From NCBI GenBank assembly GCA_963729605.1, contig CAVSNY010000007.1, positions 1,152,001-1,216,000 on the forward strand: a stretch of DNA of 64,000 nucleotides, read 5' to 3'. Shown piece by piece: positions 1 through 10,772 of the stretch. The notes beneath the pieces were generated by a model. The model saw only the letters and a list, made by a program, of their open reading frames with translations, made no database searches and was not told the origin of the DNA. Position numbers and translations under genes: made by a program. Position 1 is the stretch's first letter. Each line of letters begins with the position of its first letter. The stretch is from an uncultured Gammaproteobacteria bacterium (GTDB taxonomy: Bacteria > Pseudomonadota > Gammaproteobacteria > DRLM01).

Positions 1-92
1 TAGGCAAGATGCGGGTGCTGGGCACGCCCAAGCGGCTGCACGGCCTGGCGGGTTTTGGATTGGAAGTGGTGGAATACGTAGGGGACGACTAG
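1..92 (+). CDS. ribBA: 3' end of bifunctional DHBP synthase/GTP cyclohydrolase II-like protein (partial)
   Basis: Frame from base 3 reads [29 protein letters not shown], a typical RibBA C-terminus; directly upstream of ribH. Confidence 0.85.
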   Translation, partial: GKMRVLGTPKRLHGLAGFGLEVVEYVGDD

Positions 93-144
93 AATAGTCC
101 CCCTCTCTCCGGCGGGCGCCGGATTTTTTTCAGGAAGCAGCGGC

Positions 145-618
145 ATGACCAAGATCAATACCTTTTCCGGCGATTTCACCACCCGCGGCGGGCGTTACGC
201 CCTGGTCGCCGGGCGCTTCAACAGTTTTATCGTCGAGCATCTCATCAACGGCGCGGTGGACACCCTGGTGCGTCACGGCGTCGAGGCCAAGGACATCGAT
301 CTCATCCACGCGCCGGGCGCTTTCGAGATTCCATTGCTGGTGCAGAAGGCCGCCGCCAGCAAAAAATACGACGCGGTGATCGCGCTGGGCTGCGTGATCC
401 GCGGCGCCACGCCGCACTTCGAATATGTGGCCGGCGAATGCGCCAAGGGCATCGCCCAGGTGGCCTTGAAGTTCGACCTGCCGGTCGCCTTCGGCGTCTT
501 GACGGTGGACACCATCGAACAGGCGGTGGAACGCGCGGGCACCAAGGCCGGCAATAAAGGCGCGGAGGCCGCGTTGTCGGCGCTGGAAATGGTCAGCCTG
601 TTGAAACGGATGACTTGA
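145..618 (+). CDS. ribH: 6,7-dimethyl-8-ribityllumazine synthase
   Basis: [27 protein letters not shown] and [10 protein letters not shown] motifs. Confidence 0.98.
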   Translation: MTKINTFSGDFTTRGGRYALVAGRFNSFIVEHLINGAVDTLVRHGVEAKDIDLIHAPGAFEIPLLVQKAAASKKYDAVIALGCVIRGATPHFEYVAGECAKGIAQVALKFDLPVAFGVLTVDTIEQAVERAGTKAGNKGAEAALSALEMVSLLKRMT

Positions 619-678
619 GATGATTTCATGCAGTCGGGTTTATCGTGACGTCATGCCCGCGCTTGTGGGCCGCGCTTC

Positions 679-1110
679 GTGAGCCGCGCGCGCAGCAAGG
701 CGCGGCGCTGCGCGTTGCAGGCCTTGTATTCCTGGCAACTGGGGGGCCAGGATCTGGCCGACATCGAAAGGCAGTTTTTCGCCGAACAGGACGTCGCCGG
801 CGCCGACCGCGCCTATTTCAGCGAACTGCTGCACGGCGTGCCCAAACAGACCACCGAATTGGATGCCCGCTACCGCGATTATCTCGACCGCAGCGTGGAA
901 GACCTCGATCCCATCGAGCTGGCGATATTGCGCATCGGCGTTTATGAATTGACTCAGCATCCGGAGATCCCCTTCCGGGTGATCATCAACGAGGCGGTGG
1001 AATTGGCTAAGGTCTTCGGCGCCGATCAAAGTCACCGCTACATCAACGGCGTATTGGACAAGGTGGCGCGCACCCTCCGCGCCGTCGAGGTCAAGATGAA
1101 GGCGCCGTGA
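679..1110 (+). CDS. nusB: Transcription antitermination factor NusB
   Basis: RSKARRCALQALY N-terminus, VIINEAVELAKVFG and YINGVLD; follows ribH. Confidence 0.97.
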   Translation: MSRARSKARRCALQALYSWQLGGQDLADIERQFFAEQDVAGADRAYFSELLHGVPKQTTELDARYRDYLDRSVEDLDPIELAILRIGVYELTQHPEIPFRVIINEAVELAKVFGADQSHRYINGVLDKVARTLRAVEVKMKAP

Positions 1111-1143
1111 CCGCCGCTGGACTTATCCTGAAAAAGCGATCGG

Positions 1144-1174
1144 CCACGGAGGACACGGGGTACACGGAGGAAAA
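1144..1174 (+). repeat. Short element of 9-nt units (CCACGGAGG ACACGGGGT ACACGGAGG AAAA)
   Basis: CCACGGAGGACAC (1144-1156) is the exact reverse complement of 2506-2518. Confidence 0.7.
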
Positions 1175-1447
1175 TAAGCGGAGGGTCTTTATCGAGGTCA
1201 CTCAGCCGGTAAACTCGCCCAACGCCGCAACGTTCGCTGTCACCTCCGCGGGTGGCATTCGCGATTTCAAGATTATCGCCCGGCCATTCTCCAACATGCG
1301 CAGGCTCCTGCTCTTGCGGGAACGGGGCGGGAGTAGAATATGGAAAAATCAGTGAGGCTATCGTTCCGCTTCATGTCCTTCCTCCAGGCAAGGCCTCGTG
1401 TCACGCGTTGACGGATCGATGAATCTTGAATTAACGACACCCCGATC

Positions 1448-2431
1448 ATGACCCTTTCCGAATTCGACATCATCCGCCGTTATTTCGCCGCCGCCGGCGC
1501 GCGCCGCGGCGATGTGGTGGTCGGCGTCGGCGACGACGCGGCGGTGGTGGACGTGCCGCCGGACCGGCAATTGGTCTTGGCCATGGATAGCTTGGTGAGC
1601 GGCGTCCATTTTCCCGAGGAGACCCGCGCCGAGGACATCGGCCACAAGGCCCTCGCTGTGAATTTGAGCGATCTCGCCGCCATGGGCGCCGAGCCGGCCT
1701 GGGCGACGCTGGCTTTGACCGCGCCGCGCAACGATCCTGCTTGGCTGGCGGCCTTCGCCGAGGGCTTCAGCGCCTTGGCCCGCGAGGCGGGTGTGCAGTT
1801 GATCGGCGGCGACACCACGCGCGGCCCGCTCACGGTCACGGTGCAAGTGCACGGCTTCGTGCCCCGCGGCCAGGCCGTGCTGCGCAGCGGCGCGCGGCCG
1901 GGCGATGTGATTTACGTCAGCGGCAGCCTCGGCGACGCGGGCCTGGCCTTGCGGCGCTGGCAACAGGGCATGGTTCCGAGTTCGGCCGATGAACGGTATC
2001 TGGCCACGCGTTTGAACCGTCCCGTCCCGCGTCTTCAAGAAGGCCGCGCGCTGCGCGGTCTGGCCAGCGCGATGATCGATGTCTCCGACGGCTTGGCGGC
2101 GGATTTAGGTCATATTTTGGAGGCGAGCGGGGTGGGCGCCACGCTCGAACTCGATACCTTGCCTTTATCGCCCGCCTTCCAGCGGGTGTGCGCGGCCATG
2201 GGCGAAACGCAGGGCGCGCGTCTCGCCCTCGGCGCCGGTGATGATTACGAACTGTGTTTCACCGTGCCCGCCGCGCGATGCGAACAAGTGGAGCGGGAAT
2301 TCGCGACCTTCGACTGCGGTTGTCGCGCCATCGGCGTTATCGAAGAGCGGGTGGGTTTGCGGGTGCGGCAGGCGGACGGGTCGCCGTTAGTGTTCGAGCG
2401 CGGCGGTCACGACCATTTCGCCGCGCCGTGA
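1448..2431 (+). CDS. thiL: Thiamine-monophosphate kinase
   Basis: EFDII, GDDAA, NLSDLAAMGA, GGDTT, DVSDGL and GDDYEL motifs. Confidence 0.97.
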   Translation: MTLSEFDIIRRYFAAAGARRGDVVVGVGDDAAVVDVPPDRQLVLAMDSLVSGVHFPEETRAEDIGHKALAVNLSDLAAMGAEPAWATLALTAPRNDPAWLAAFAEGFSALAREAGVQLIGGDTTRGPLTVTVQVHGFVPRGQAVLRSGARPGDVIYVSGSLGDAGLALRRWQQGMVPSSADERYLATRLNRPVPRLQEGRALRGLASAMIDVSDGLAADLGHILEASGVGATLELDTLPLSPAFQRVCAAMGETQGARLALGAGDDYELCFTVPAARCEQVEREFATFDCGCRAIGVIEERVGLRVRQADGSPLVFERGGHDHFAAP

Positions 2432-2478
2432 TGGCACTCCGCGCCGCGCCGGTTCGACCGGGATGCGCGGGCCGCTGC

Positions 2479-2518
2479 TTTTTCTCCGTGATCTCGGTGA
2501 ACCCGGTGTCCTCCGTGG
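2479..2518 (-). repeat. Inverted copy of the 9-nt-unit element, with one extra unit
   Basis: Minus strand reads CCACGGAGG ACACCGGGT TCACCGAGA TCACGGAGA AAAA. Confidence 0.7.
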
Positions 2519-2560
2519 TCAACGGCTTTTTCCGGCTAATTGCCGCTTAAATAAAAACGA

Positions 2561-3070
2561 GTGAATGAATCGGTGAAATCATCCTACCCGCCTTTGCCCG
2601 CCGGTTTTTTCCGGCGCCATCCCGCGCATATTTTCGCCTTTGGGTTTGGCGCGGGGGCCATCCCGTTCGCGCCGGGTACCTGGGGCACCTTGGTCGCGGT
2701 GCCGTTTTGCCTGCTGCTGCAATATTTGTCCGCGCCGCAGTATGTCGCCTTCCTGGTCCTGACGTTTCTCCTCGGCGTCTGGCTGTGTCAGGTGGCCGGG
2801 AAAAACTTGGGCGTGTCCGATCATCCCGGCATGGTGTGGGATGAGATGGTAGGTTATTGGATCGCGGTGGCGCTGGTGCCGCCGCACTGGACGTGGTGGC
2901 TGGCGGCATTTGTACTGTTCCGGATTTTCGACATCTGGAAACCCTGGCCCATCGGTGAATTGGACCGGCGCCTGCACGGAGGTTTGGGCGTGATGGCCGA
3001 CGATGCGGTGGCGGGGATCTTCGCCGGCGTGATTCTATTCGCCGCGCACGGCGTGCTCAGCGCGGCGTGA
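2561..3070 (+). CDS. pgpA: Phosphatidylglycerophosphatase A
   Basis: APGTWGT, DHPGMVWDE, FRIFDIWKPWPI and GVMADD motifs; follows thiL. Confidence 0.96.
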   Translation: MNESVKSSYPPLPAGFFRRHPAHIFAFGFGAGAIPFAPGTWGTLVAVPFCLLLQYLSAPQYVAFLVLTFLLGVWLCQVAGKNLGVSDHPGMVWDEMVGYWIAVALVPPHWTWWLAAFVLFRIFDIWKPWPIGELDRRLHGGLGVMADDAVAGIFAGVILFAAHGVLSAA

Positions 3071-3134
3071 AACTGCGGCGGCGTTTAAATTTTTTAATGG
3101 CCAAGACGCCAGGTGTTTATCCATCGAGATAAGC

Positions 3135-5642
3135 CTAGTTGGGAATTAACGTTGCCCGTTGGGAGTTTGGTTCGCTCAGGCGCCAGCCCGATTCCTTGAG
3201 CCAGCGGGCCAGGGCCATCGCGGTCAGCGGCCGGCTGATGAAATAACCTTGCGCCATGTCGCAGCCCATCTCGATCAGGGTGTTCAGCACCGCTTGATTC
3301 TCGACGCCTTCGGCGACCACCCGCCGGCCCATGTTGTGGGCGAGGTCCACGGTGGAACGCACGATCACCATGTCTTCGTTGTTGTCGAGCATGTCGATGA
3401 CGAAGGATTTGTCGATCTTGATTTCGTCCACCGGCAACTGCTTTAAATAAATCAGCGAGGAGTAACCGGTGCCGAAGTCGTCGATGGCGAGGCCGACGCC
3501 CATCACGTCGAGTTGGGTGAGGGTGTCCATCGCCCGCAGCGGGTTGGCCATGATCGCGCTCTCGGTGATTTCAAACTCCAGCAGCTGCGGCGCCACCCCC
3601 CATTGCTGCATGGTCGCGGCGATCTTGCCGGCCAGCTGTTCGTCTTGCAGATGGCGCGCCGACAGATTGATGGCCATTCGCAATTGGAGTCCGGCCTTTT
3701 GCCAGAGGTGGATTTGATGCAGGGCCTCGTCGAGCACGAAGAAGGTGAGCGGCCGGATCAGCCCGGTGTGCTCGGCGAGCGGGATGAATTCATCGGGCAG
3801 CAGCAGCCCGCGTTGCGGATGATCCCAGCGCACCACCGCCTCCACCGCGCTGACCAGCCCGGTCTTGAGATCGATCTTCGGTTGATAGAACAACACCAGT
3901 TGTTTGTATTCGATGGCGTGGCGCAGCTCGCCGACCAGCGACAGGCGGCTGACGCTGTGCTGATCTTCCTTGGGATCGTAGAGGGCGAAGCCGGCGCTGG
4001 CGCGCTTGGCGACGTACATGGCCACGTCGGCGTGGCGCATCAGGGTCGCGCCGTCCTCGCCGTGCTCGGGATAGAGGGCGATGCCGACGCTGGCGCCGAC
4101 ATGGAAACTCTGCTCTTCCAAAAGGATGGGCTGTTCGAGGGCGGTGATGAGTTTGCGCGCGGCGCCGACCGCGTCGGCCTCGTTTTCGATGCCGGGCAGC
4201 AGCACGGCGAATTCATCGCCGCCGAGGCGGGCGATGGTGTCGGACTCGCGCAGCGCGCCGCGCATGCGTTGCGCCACCTGTTGCAGGACCAGGTCGCCGT
4301 AATGGTGGCCGAGGGTGTCGTTGATTTCCTTGAAACGGTCGAGGTCGGTGATGAGCAGCGCCAAAGGCGCGGCTTTGCGTTGCGCGGTGAGGATGGCATG
4401 CCGCAAGCGGTCTTGTAACAACAGACGGTTGGGCAGTTCGGTCAGGCCGTCGTGCAGGGCTTGATGTTCCAATTCGCGGTTGAGCGAGGCGAGTTCCCGG
4501 GTGCGTTTTATGACCCGCCGCTCCAGGTCTTCCTGGAGGGCCTTGAGTTCGGCCTCGGCCTGTTTGCGTTCGGTGATGTCGCGCATGATGCCGATGTAGA
4601 GCATGCCCTCGCTGCGCGGCAGTTCGCTGACCGCCATTTCCATCGGGAAGCTGTGCCCGTCCTTGTGGCGACCCACGGTTTCATGCGCCGCCAGGCGGGT
4701 GATCTCGTCGATCGAGGCGGCCGGTTCGCCATCTTCACGGCCGATGACCGGGCAGGCGTAGGCTTGTCCCAGCAGCAGGTTGAGATTTTCGCCGGCTATT
4801 TCCGCCTGGCTATAACCGAAAATCTGCTCCGCGGCGTGATTCATCGATTCGATATTGCCGCGCGCGTCGATGGTGACGATGCCGTCCACCATGTTATCCA
4901 TGATGGCGCGGATGCGCCGTTCCCGCACCGCGACCGCCTCGGCGTTGTTCACCAGTTTTTCGCGCATGCGTTCCAGGTCTTCGGCGAGACCGGCGATTTC
5001 GTAGATGCTGGAACGGACGCGCAAATGCCCCACCGTATCGTTGGCGGCGATGCGACGCGCCGCATCGCGCAACTGGCGCAAGGGCCGGGTCAATTGGGGT
5101 GTAATCACCGCCACCAGCAGCAAGGAAAGCGTGACGTAGCCGATGGCCAATAACACGCCGCGCTGGTAGGCCTGGTAGATCTGCGCCCGGGTCGCCGTTT
5201 CGTCGTAGCCCACCCGCAGGGTGGCGGCGCTCCGCAGCGACGGGTTGTGAAAGGGCACCCCGATGAAATAGACGGTGTTGGCGTGTTCTCCGAAATAAAA
5301 ATCTTCGTCGAACGTCTCGTTGCGGTTTTTATTGGCTACCGAGGCGATCTCGCCGCCGGTTTCGAGTATCACTTCGGCGTAGGCCAGACGGCCCGAGAAC
5401 ACCGCGTCGTCGAGCTGGGCGCGGATCTGTTCGGCATCGGCCTGTTCGGCGAGCCGTTCCGCCAGTTGCCGCGCGTCGTGGCGGACATAGTTGATGAATT
5501 GTTCCTTGTAACCCTCGGCGACGATGAACAACACGCCGCTGAACAAGAAGGGAATCAGCAGTAAATGAATGATGACCCCGCCGAGTATGATCCGGCCGGC
5601 GAAGCTGTGCAGAAAGGCCGCTAGTTTGCCCCGTTGCGCCAT
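3135..5642 (-). CDS. Membrane sensor diguanylate cyclase/phosphodiesterase (TM-HAMP-PAS-GGDEF-EAL)
   Basis: Two TM segments, HAMP, PAS, intact GGDEF, EAV and DDFGTGYSS. Confidence 0.93.
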   Translation of the reverse strand: MAQRGKLAAFLHSFAGRIILGGVIIHLLLIPFLFSGVLFIVAEGYKEQFINYVRHDARQLAERLAEQADAEQIRAQLDDAVFSGRLAYAEVILETGGEIASVANKNRNETFDEDFYFGEHANTVYFIGVPFHNPSLRSAATLRVGYDETATRAQIYQAYQRGVLLAIGYVTLSLLLVAVITPQLTRPLRQLRDAARRIAANDTVGHLRVRSSIYEIAGLAEDLERMREKLVNNAEAVAVRERRIRAIMDNMVDGIVTIDARGNIESMNHAAEQIFGYSQAEIAGENLNLLLGQAYACPVIGREDGEPAASIDEITRLAAHETVGRHKDGHSFPMEMAVSELPRSEGMLYIGIMRDITERKQAEAELKALQEDLERRVIKRTRELASLNRELEHQALHDGLTELPNRLLLQDRLRHAILTAQRKAAPLALLITDLDRFKEINDTLGHHYGDLVLQQVAQRMRGALRESDTIARLGGDEFAVLLPGIENEADAVGAARKLITALEQPILLEEQSFHVGASVGIALYPEHGEDGATLMRHADVAMYVAKRASAGFALYDPKEDQHSVSRLSLVGELRHAIEYKQLVLFYQPKIDLKTGLVSAVEAVVRWDHPQRGLLLPDEFIPLAEHTGLIRPLTFFVLDEALHQIHLWQKAGLQLRMAINLSARHLQDEQLAGKIAATMQQWGVAPQLLEFEITESAIMANPLRAMDTLTQLDVMGVGLAIDDFGTGYSSLIYLKQLPVDEIKIDKSFVIDMLDNNEDMVIVRSTVDLAHNMGRRVVAEGVENQAVLNTLIEMGCDMAQGYFISRPLTAMALARWLKESGWRLSEPNSQRATLIPN

Positions 5643-6100
5643 AACTCACCTATCGCGACCAGGTTGGGGTAGGCGGCGATGTCCGCCTCCCACATGTAAC
5701 TTACGGTGCCCGGTTGTTTGCGCAGCCTGTCGACCAGGGCTTGTTGCTCCTTGAAGGTCGGCGGCAGTTGACCGCCCAATTGTACGACGTTGCTCAATAA
5801 ATGCAGCTCGTAGACATTGGCGGACATGAAGACCACTTTTTGCAGAAAGACCTGGTAGAGCCGCGTTTCACTCTGGTTGATTACCGCCGTCAGCTGCTGA
5901 TTTTCTTTGTTGACGGGAAAACCGAGAAACAGCCGGCGGATTTCGCTGACCGACAAACTGGAGATGCCACTGGCCTGGTCGGTGACCAGCACCAGCCGTC
6001 CGTCGTGGCCGGCGCGGGCGACGTTGATTTGCCCCAGCATGATCAAACAGCCCAGGAGCAGGTGTGACCACCTCCGCATCATGGCAAGACGGCGCTCCAT
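5621..6100 (-). CDS. Small exported protein of the phosphate-SBP-like single-domain type (start may be ~6082)
   Basis: Signal peptide, LSVSEIRRLFLG and PGTVSYM motifs; overlaps both neighbours. Confidence 0.7.
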   Translation of the reverse strand: MERRLAMMRRWSHLLLGCLIMLGQINVARAGHDGRLVLVTDQASGISSLSVSEIRRLFLGFPVNKENQQLTAVINQSETRLYQVFLQKVVFMSANVYELHLLSNVVQLGGQLPPTFKEQQALVDRLRKQPGTVSYMWEADIAAYPNLVAIGELWRNGAN

Positions 6101-7278
6101 TGCAGGGTGGCCTGACTGTAACGTTGCCCGTATTGATCCAGGTTGGCCAGTTCGAATTTGAGGGCTTGGTTATCGCTAAGCTGATAACGCGCACCGACCA
6201 AGCCGCGCTGACGGATGTAGGCCGGGATTTGTTGCAGATAGAGATTGTCCGCGGCGCCTTCGCTGGCCTCGACGCGTCCGTAAAACGATAAGTCGGCTCG
6301 TTGCCGGTATTCGGGCTGCAAGTAGGCGTAGAAAAAGGCGTCATCCGTTTGGTTGCCGTTCGATAAATCGAGATCGGTGCCGATGCGCATCAGCGAGCCG
6401 CGGACGTGCCAGCGCTCTTGAGAATAATTGCTGTAGGCGCCGAGGATGTCGAGCCGGACCTGGTCGATGCCGTTTATCGAAGACGGGATCACGACATAAC
6501 CCATAAATACCCCGCTGTCGTCGAACGGCGTTTCCATCGCATGATGGGAGAGGGCCAGGGTGACCAGGAGTTGATGGTCGCCGCGCCCCGGTTCGAGGAT
6601 GTCGAGGGCGCTCAAATGTCCCGGTGTCAATTCCGGCCCCAAGCCGAGGTCGAGGGTGTAATAAAACATGTGGCTGGCGGTGTGCCGGGTTTTTTGCAGG
6701 CTGATGCCGGTGGCGTGGGCCGGGATGGCGCCGCCTTCCTCTTCGAACTCGATGAGGCCGGGGCGGTAGATGGTGGTTTGCAGATAAGCGCCGTGGTGAT
6801 GTTTGCGGTTCCATTGATCGAGCGCGGTGTGATAACGGCCGAGCCAGAGTCGGGTGTTCTCGGCGAGGACCCAGCCCACGGCCAGGCGTTCCATTTCCCG
6901 TTCTTCCTGGTCAATGAAAAACTCCGCGAGCAGGCGCGCCTGCCCGTACTCCGCGCTGTAGAAAAAATCGACGGCGGCGGTGGAACCGTGCTGGTCGAGT
7001 GGCGCGACATCCCGGTCGTTGAAATGCAGGGTGACCAGCGGAAACGGGATGAACTCGCTTTTATATTCGGCGTGTGCCGCGTTGCCGATCAAGAACAACG
7101 CCATGCCGGCCAGGACCACGAAAAGCCCGGGGCCGCGCGGTGCAGGCGAGCGGCGGCGAGGGACCGTTCGTATCGCCGCGGCGTGGCGCGGCGCGACTTG
7201 AACCTGATGTGCCGAGTGTTCGGGAATGGCGGGCCGTTGCCGTCGTGGCTGTGGGCGAATTTTCATCGGGGACACCAT
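6079..7278 (-). CDS. Putative outer-membrane beta-barrel (porin-like); true start probably later than the ORF start
   Basis: Signal peptide ending AAHA, alternating beta-strand pattern, C-terminal ALKFE...ATLQWSAVLP. Confidence 0.7.
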   Translation of the reverse strand: MVSPMKIRPQPRRQRPAIPEHSAHQVQVAPRHAAAIRTVPRRRSPAPRGPGLFVVLAGMALFLIGNAAHAEYKSEFIPFPLVTLHFNDRDVAPLDQHGSTAAVDFFYSAEYGQARLLAEFFIDQEEREMERLAVGWVLAENTRLWLGRYHTALDQWNRKHHHGAYLQTTIYRPGLIEFEEEGGAIPAHATGISLQKTRHTASHMFYYTLDLGLGPELTPGHLSALDILEPGRGDHQLLVTLALSHHAMETPFDDSGVFMGYVVIPSSINGIDQVRLDILGAYSNYSQERWHVRGSLMRIGTDLDLSNGNQTDDAFFYAYLQPEYRQRADLSFYGRVEASEGAADNLYLQQIPAYIRQRGLVGARYQLSDNQALKFELANLDQYGQRYSQATLQWSAVLP

Positions 7279-7461
7279 CCTCGTTTCAGCTGCGGTGCTT
7301 GCCGCGCAATAGCGGGAAGCCGGCCGAATGCTGAGGATTCTAGGGTTTGTTGAGCGGATTGGCTAGCGGGCTAATCGGTTCCGGGTCGGGAAAACCGATA
7401 GTCGCCGATGAGTCCATCTCGATATGACCGAGGCGGCGCGGCGTATTGGTCCGCCGCCGGC

Positions 7462-8262
7462 TCAGCGGTCGGCGTTTTTGTCGCGGCTGATCTGGGCGTA
7501 GGCCGAGTGGTTGTGTATGGATTCGAAATTTTCCGTTTCCACCGTGTAGGCGAGGATGCGCGGGTCGGTGTTCAAACGCGCGGCGACGTCGCGCACCATG
7601 TCTTCGACGAACTTGGGATTGTCGTAGGCGCGTTCGGTGATGTATTTCTCGTCGGGGCGCTTGATGAGGCCGAAGATTTCACAGGAGGCCTCTTCTTCCA
7701 CCAGGTCGATCAGGTCTTCGATCGACACGCCTTCCGTGACGCGCGCGTTCACGGTGACGTGGGAACGCTGATTGTGCGCGCCGTAGTTGGAGATTTCCTT
7801 CGAGCACGGGCACAGGCTGGTGACCGGTACCAGCACCTTGAGCGCCACCTGGTCGGTATCGCCGCTGCGTTCACCGTACAACGTCACATCGTAATCGAGC
7901 GCGCTCGCGACCCCGGAGACCGGCGCTTTCTTGGTGATGAAATAGGGGAAGCGTATCTCGACGTGAGCGCTCTCGGCGTGGAGGCTGCGTTGTATGGTGG
8001 CGAGCAGTTGCCGTATCCCCGCCACCGACAGGGTGAGGTCGGTGGCGTTGAGTATTTCGACGAAACGCGACATATGGGTGCCGCGTTTATCGTGCGGCAG
8101 ACCGACGTACATGCCGAAGGCGGCGACGGTGTGTTGCACGCCGCCGTCGCGGCTGAGCACCCGCGCCGGGTGGCGGATGTCCTTGATGCCCACCTTGTCG
8201 ATGACGATGCGGCGGGCGTCGGCGCTGCCCTGCACATCGGCGATGGAGATGGCTTTGTTCAT
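7462..8262 (-). CDS. folE2: GTP cyclohydrolase IB
   Basis: [34 protein letters not shown] and [10 protein letters not shown] motifs. Confidence 0.97.
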   Translation of the reverse strand: MNKAISIADVQGSADARRIVIDKVGIKDIRHPARVLSRDGGVQHTVAAFGMYVGLPHDKRGTHMSRFVEILNATDLTLSVAGIRQLLATIQRSLHAESAHVEIRFPYFITKKAPVSGVASALDYDVTLYGERSGDTDQVALKVLVPVTSLCPCSKEISNYGAHNQRSHVTVNARVTEGVSIEDLIDLVEEEASCEIFGLIKRPDEKYITERAYDNPKFVEDMVRDVAARLNTDPRILAYTVETENFESIHNHSAYAQISRDKNADR

Positions 8263-8277
8263 GCCCGCATTCCTTAT

Positions 8278-8658
8278 TTACTCTTCACTGTAGCGCACGC
8301 AGGCGCGTTCGGTTTCCCACAGCGTCACCGCGCCGACCCGGGTGCGCGCGCCGTTCAGCACGCGCGACAACTCGGCATATAAATACGCGGCGATGTTCTC
8401 CGCCGTGGGGTTGATCTCGTCGAAGGGCGGAATGTCGTTGAGGTGATGGTGATCGAGCCCGGCGATGATCTCCTTCGCCGCGCGTTTGATCGCCTTGAAG
8501 TCGAGGCCCATGCCCACCTCGTCGAGCGCGGTGGCGATCACGTCGACCTCCACCTTCCAGTTGTGGCCGTGCAGGCGGCTGCATTCGCCGGGGTAGTCGC
8601 GGAGCAGATGGGCGGCGGCGAAGTCGGTGACCACTTTCAATGTGTAACGGGCTGGCAT
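8278..8658 (-). CDS. queD: 6-carboxytetrahydropterin synthase
   Basis: FAAAH, CSRLHGHNW, LDH and NPTAENIA motifs; start placed at MPARY (8658). Confidence 0.93.
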   Translation of the reverse strand: MPARYTLKVVTDFAAAHLLRDYPGECSRLHGHNWKVEVDVIATALDEVGMGLDFKAIKRAAKEIIAGLDHHHLNDIPPFDEINPTAENIAAYLYAELSRVLNGARTRVGAVTLWETERACVRYSEE

Positions 8659-8675
8659 AGTGGAGTGCTTGAGAG

Positions 8676-10580
8676 TTAGTGGGAATTTATCTGCGCGGGC
8701 AGGCCGTGGCACGCCTCACGGGCGTAGTGGGCCTTGATGCGCGCGGCGATGGCGTCGGCGGTGAGGCCGGCCTCCTTGAGTAATTCGGGGCGGCTGCCGT
8801 GGTCGAGAAAGACATCGGGCAGGCCGATCTGGATCAGCGCCGCGGTCGAGCCCTGCGCCGCGAGACACTCGCCCACCGCGCTGCCGGCGCCGCCCATCAC
8901 CGCGTTTTCCTCGACCGTGACGATCAAGTCATGCGTCTCGGCCAGGCGCGCGATCAGCCCTTCGTCCAGCGGTTTCACGAAACGCATGTTCACCACGGTG
9001 GCGTCGAGCGTGTCGCCCGCTTGCAACGCGGGCTGCACCATGCTGCCGAAGGCGAGGAGGGCGACGCGGCGGCCGTTGCGCAACACATCGGCCTTGCCGA
9101 TCGGCAGCGCGGTCATGGCTTTCTGTACCGGCACGCCGGGGCCACTGCCGCGCGGATAACGCACCGCCGCCGGCTGCTCCAGATGAAAGCCGGTGTAGAG
9201 CATCTGCCGGCATTCGTTTTCGTCGGCCGGCGCCATCACCACCATATTGGGCAGGCAGCGCAGATAGCTGAAGTCGAAGCTGCCGGCGTGGGTGGGGCCG
9301 TCGGGGCCGACCACCCCGGCGCGGTCGATGGCGAACAGCACCGGCAGATTCTGGATGGCGACGTCGTGGATGAGCTGGTCGTAGCCGCGTTGCAGAAAGG
9401 TCGAGTAGATCGCCACCACCGGTTTTTCGCCTTCGCAGGCGAGGCCCGCCGCGAGCGTGACGGCGTGCTGCTCGGCGATGCCGACGTCGAAATAACGCTT
9501 GGGGAAACGCTCGGAGTAGGCGACGAGGCCCGAGCCTTCGCGCATGGCCGGGGTGATGGCCATCAAGCGCGGGTCTTGCGCCGCCATGTCGCAGATCCAG
9601 TCGCCGAACACCTCGGTGTAGGTCGGCGCGCCGGCCTTGCCGGCGCTCAGGGTGCCGGTGCGCGGATCGAAGGCGCCGACGCCGTGATAGCCGCAGGGAT
9701 TGTCCTCCGCGGGTTTATAACCCTTGCCCTTCTTGGTGACGACGTGCAGGAACTGCGGGCCTTTGAGACCGCGCAGATTGCGCAGGGTCTTCACTAAGGT
9801 GGGCAGGTCGTGGCCGTCCACCGGTCCGATGTAGTTGAAACCGAGTTCCTCGAACAGGGTGCCGGGAATCACCATGCCCTTGACGTGTTCCTCGGCGCGG
9901 CGCGCCAGCTCCCACACCGGCGGCATGTTCTTGAGCGCCTTCTTGCCCTGTTCGCGCAGGTTCACGTAGAGCTTGCCCGACAGGATGCGCGCGAGGTGGT
10001 TGGACAGGCCGCCGACGTTGGGCGAGATCGACATGTCGTTGTCGTTGAGGATCACGAGCAGATCGGTGTGCAGATCGCCGGCGTGATTCAGCGCCTCGAA
10101 GGCCATGCCGGCCGTGAGGGCGCCGTCGCCGATCACCGCGACGACCTTGCGGTCCTCGCCCTGGCGCTCGGCGGCGATGGCCATGCCCAGCGCGGCGCTC
10201 ACCGAGGTGCTGGAGTGGCCGACGCCGAAGGCGTCATAGGGGCTTTCGCTGCGTTTGGGGAAACCGGCCAGGCCGTTCTTTTGCCGCAGGGTGGGCATGT
10301 CGCCGCGGCGGCCGGTCAGTATCTTGTGCGGGTAGCTTTGATGGCCCACGTCCCACACCAGTCGGTCGGCCGGGGTGTTGTAGATGTAGTGAAGGGCGAC
10401 GGTGAGCTCCACCACGCCGAGATTGGCGGCGAGATGGCCGCCGGTGCGACCCACCGAATCGATGAGAAAACGGCGCAATTCATCGGCGAGCGGCGCAAGC
10501 TGGCTTTCCGGCAGCGCGCGCAACTGGTCGGGGTGGTTTATAGCGTCCAGCAACGGATAAGGCATAGGGGTGGTCGTCAC
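8676..10580 (-). CDS. dxs: 1-deoxy-D-xylulose-5-phosphate synthase
   Basis: [27 protein letters not shown] and DRAG motifs. Confidence 0.98.
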   Translation of the reverse strand: MTTTPMPYPLLDAINHPDQLRALPESQLAPLADELRRFLIDSVGRTGGHLAANLGVVELTVALHYIYNTPADRLVWDVGHQSYPHKILTGRRGDMPTLRQKNGLAGFPKRSESPYDAFGVGHSSTSVSAALGMAIAAERQGEDRKVVAVIGDGALTAGMAFEALNHAGDLHTDLLVILNDNDMSISPNVGGLSNHLARILSGKLYVNLREQGKKALKNMPPVWELARRAEEHVKGMVIPGTLFEELGFNYIGPVDGHDLPTLVKTLRNLRGLKGPQFLHVVTKKGKGYKPAEDNPCGYHGVGAFDPRTGTLSAGKAGAPTYTEVFGDWICDMAAQDPRLMAITPAMREGSGLVAYSERFPKRYFDVGIAEQHAVTLAAGLACEGEKPVVAIYSTFLQRGYDQLIHDVAIQNLPVLFAIDRAGVVGPDGPTHAGSFDFSYLRCLPNMVVMAPADENECRQMLYTGFHLEQPAAVRYPRGSGPGVPVQKAMTALPIGKADVLRNGRRVALLAFGSMVQPALQAGDTLDATVVNMRFVKPLDEGLIARLAETHDLIVTVEENAVMGGAGSAVGECLAAQGSTAALIQIGLPDVFLDHGSRPELLKEAGLTADAIAARIKAHYAREACHGLPAQINSH

Positions 10581-10772
10581 TCACTTGACCATAAAGTGAA
10601 CAGCGCATTATCCGGGCTTGGGGGGTGGATGGCAAGCCGGCGAGAGGGGGCCGGGCGCCGTCCAAACCCTTTAATAAATAAATTGGATTGATGGGTGCGG
10701 GTGCCCGGGCTGGGGTCGTTCCGGCGGGCATGGCCGGGTATAGTGACCCCCATGGCTGGGTGAGGGGCGGGT

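Noticed and set aside
7279-7461. c-di-GMP or other riboswitch upstream of the porin operon
   Set aside because: No conserved aptamer motif could be recognised on either strand.
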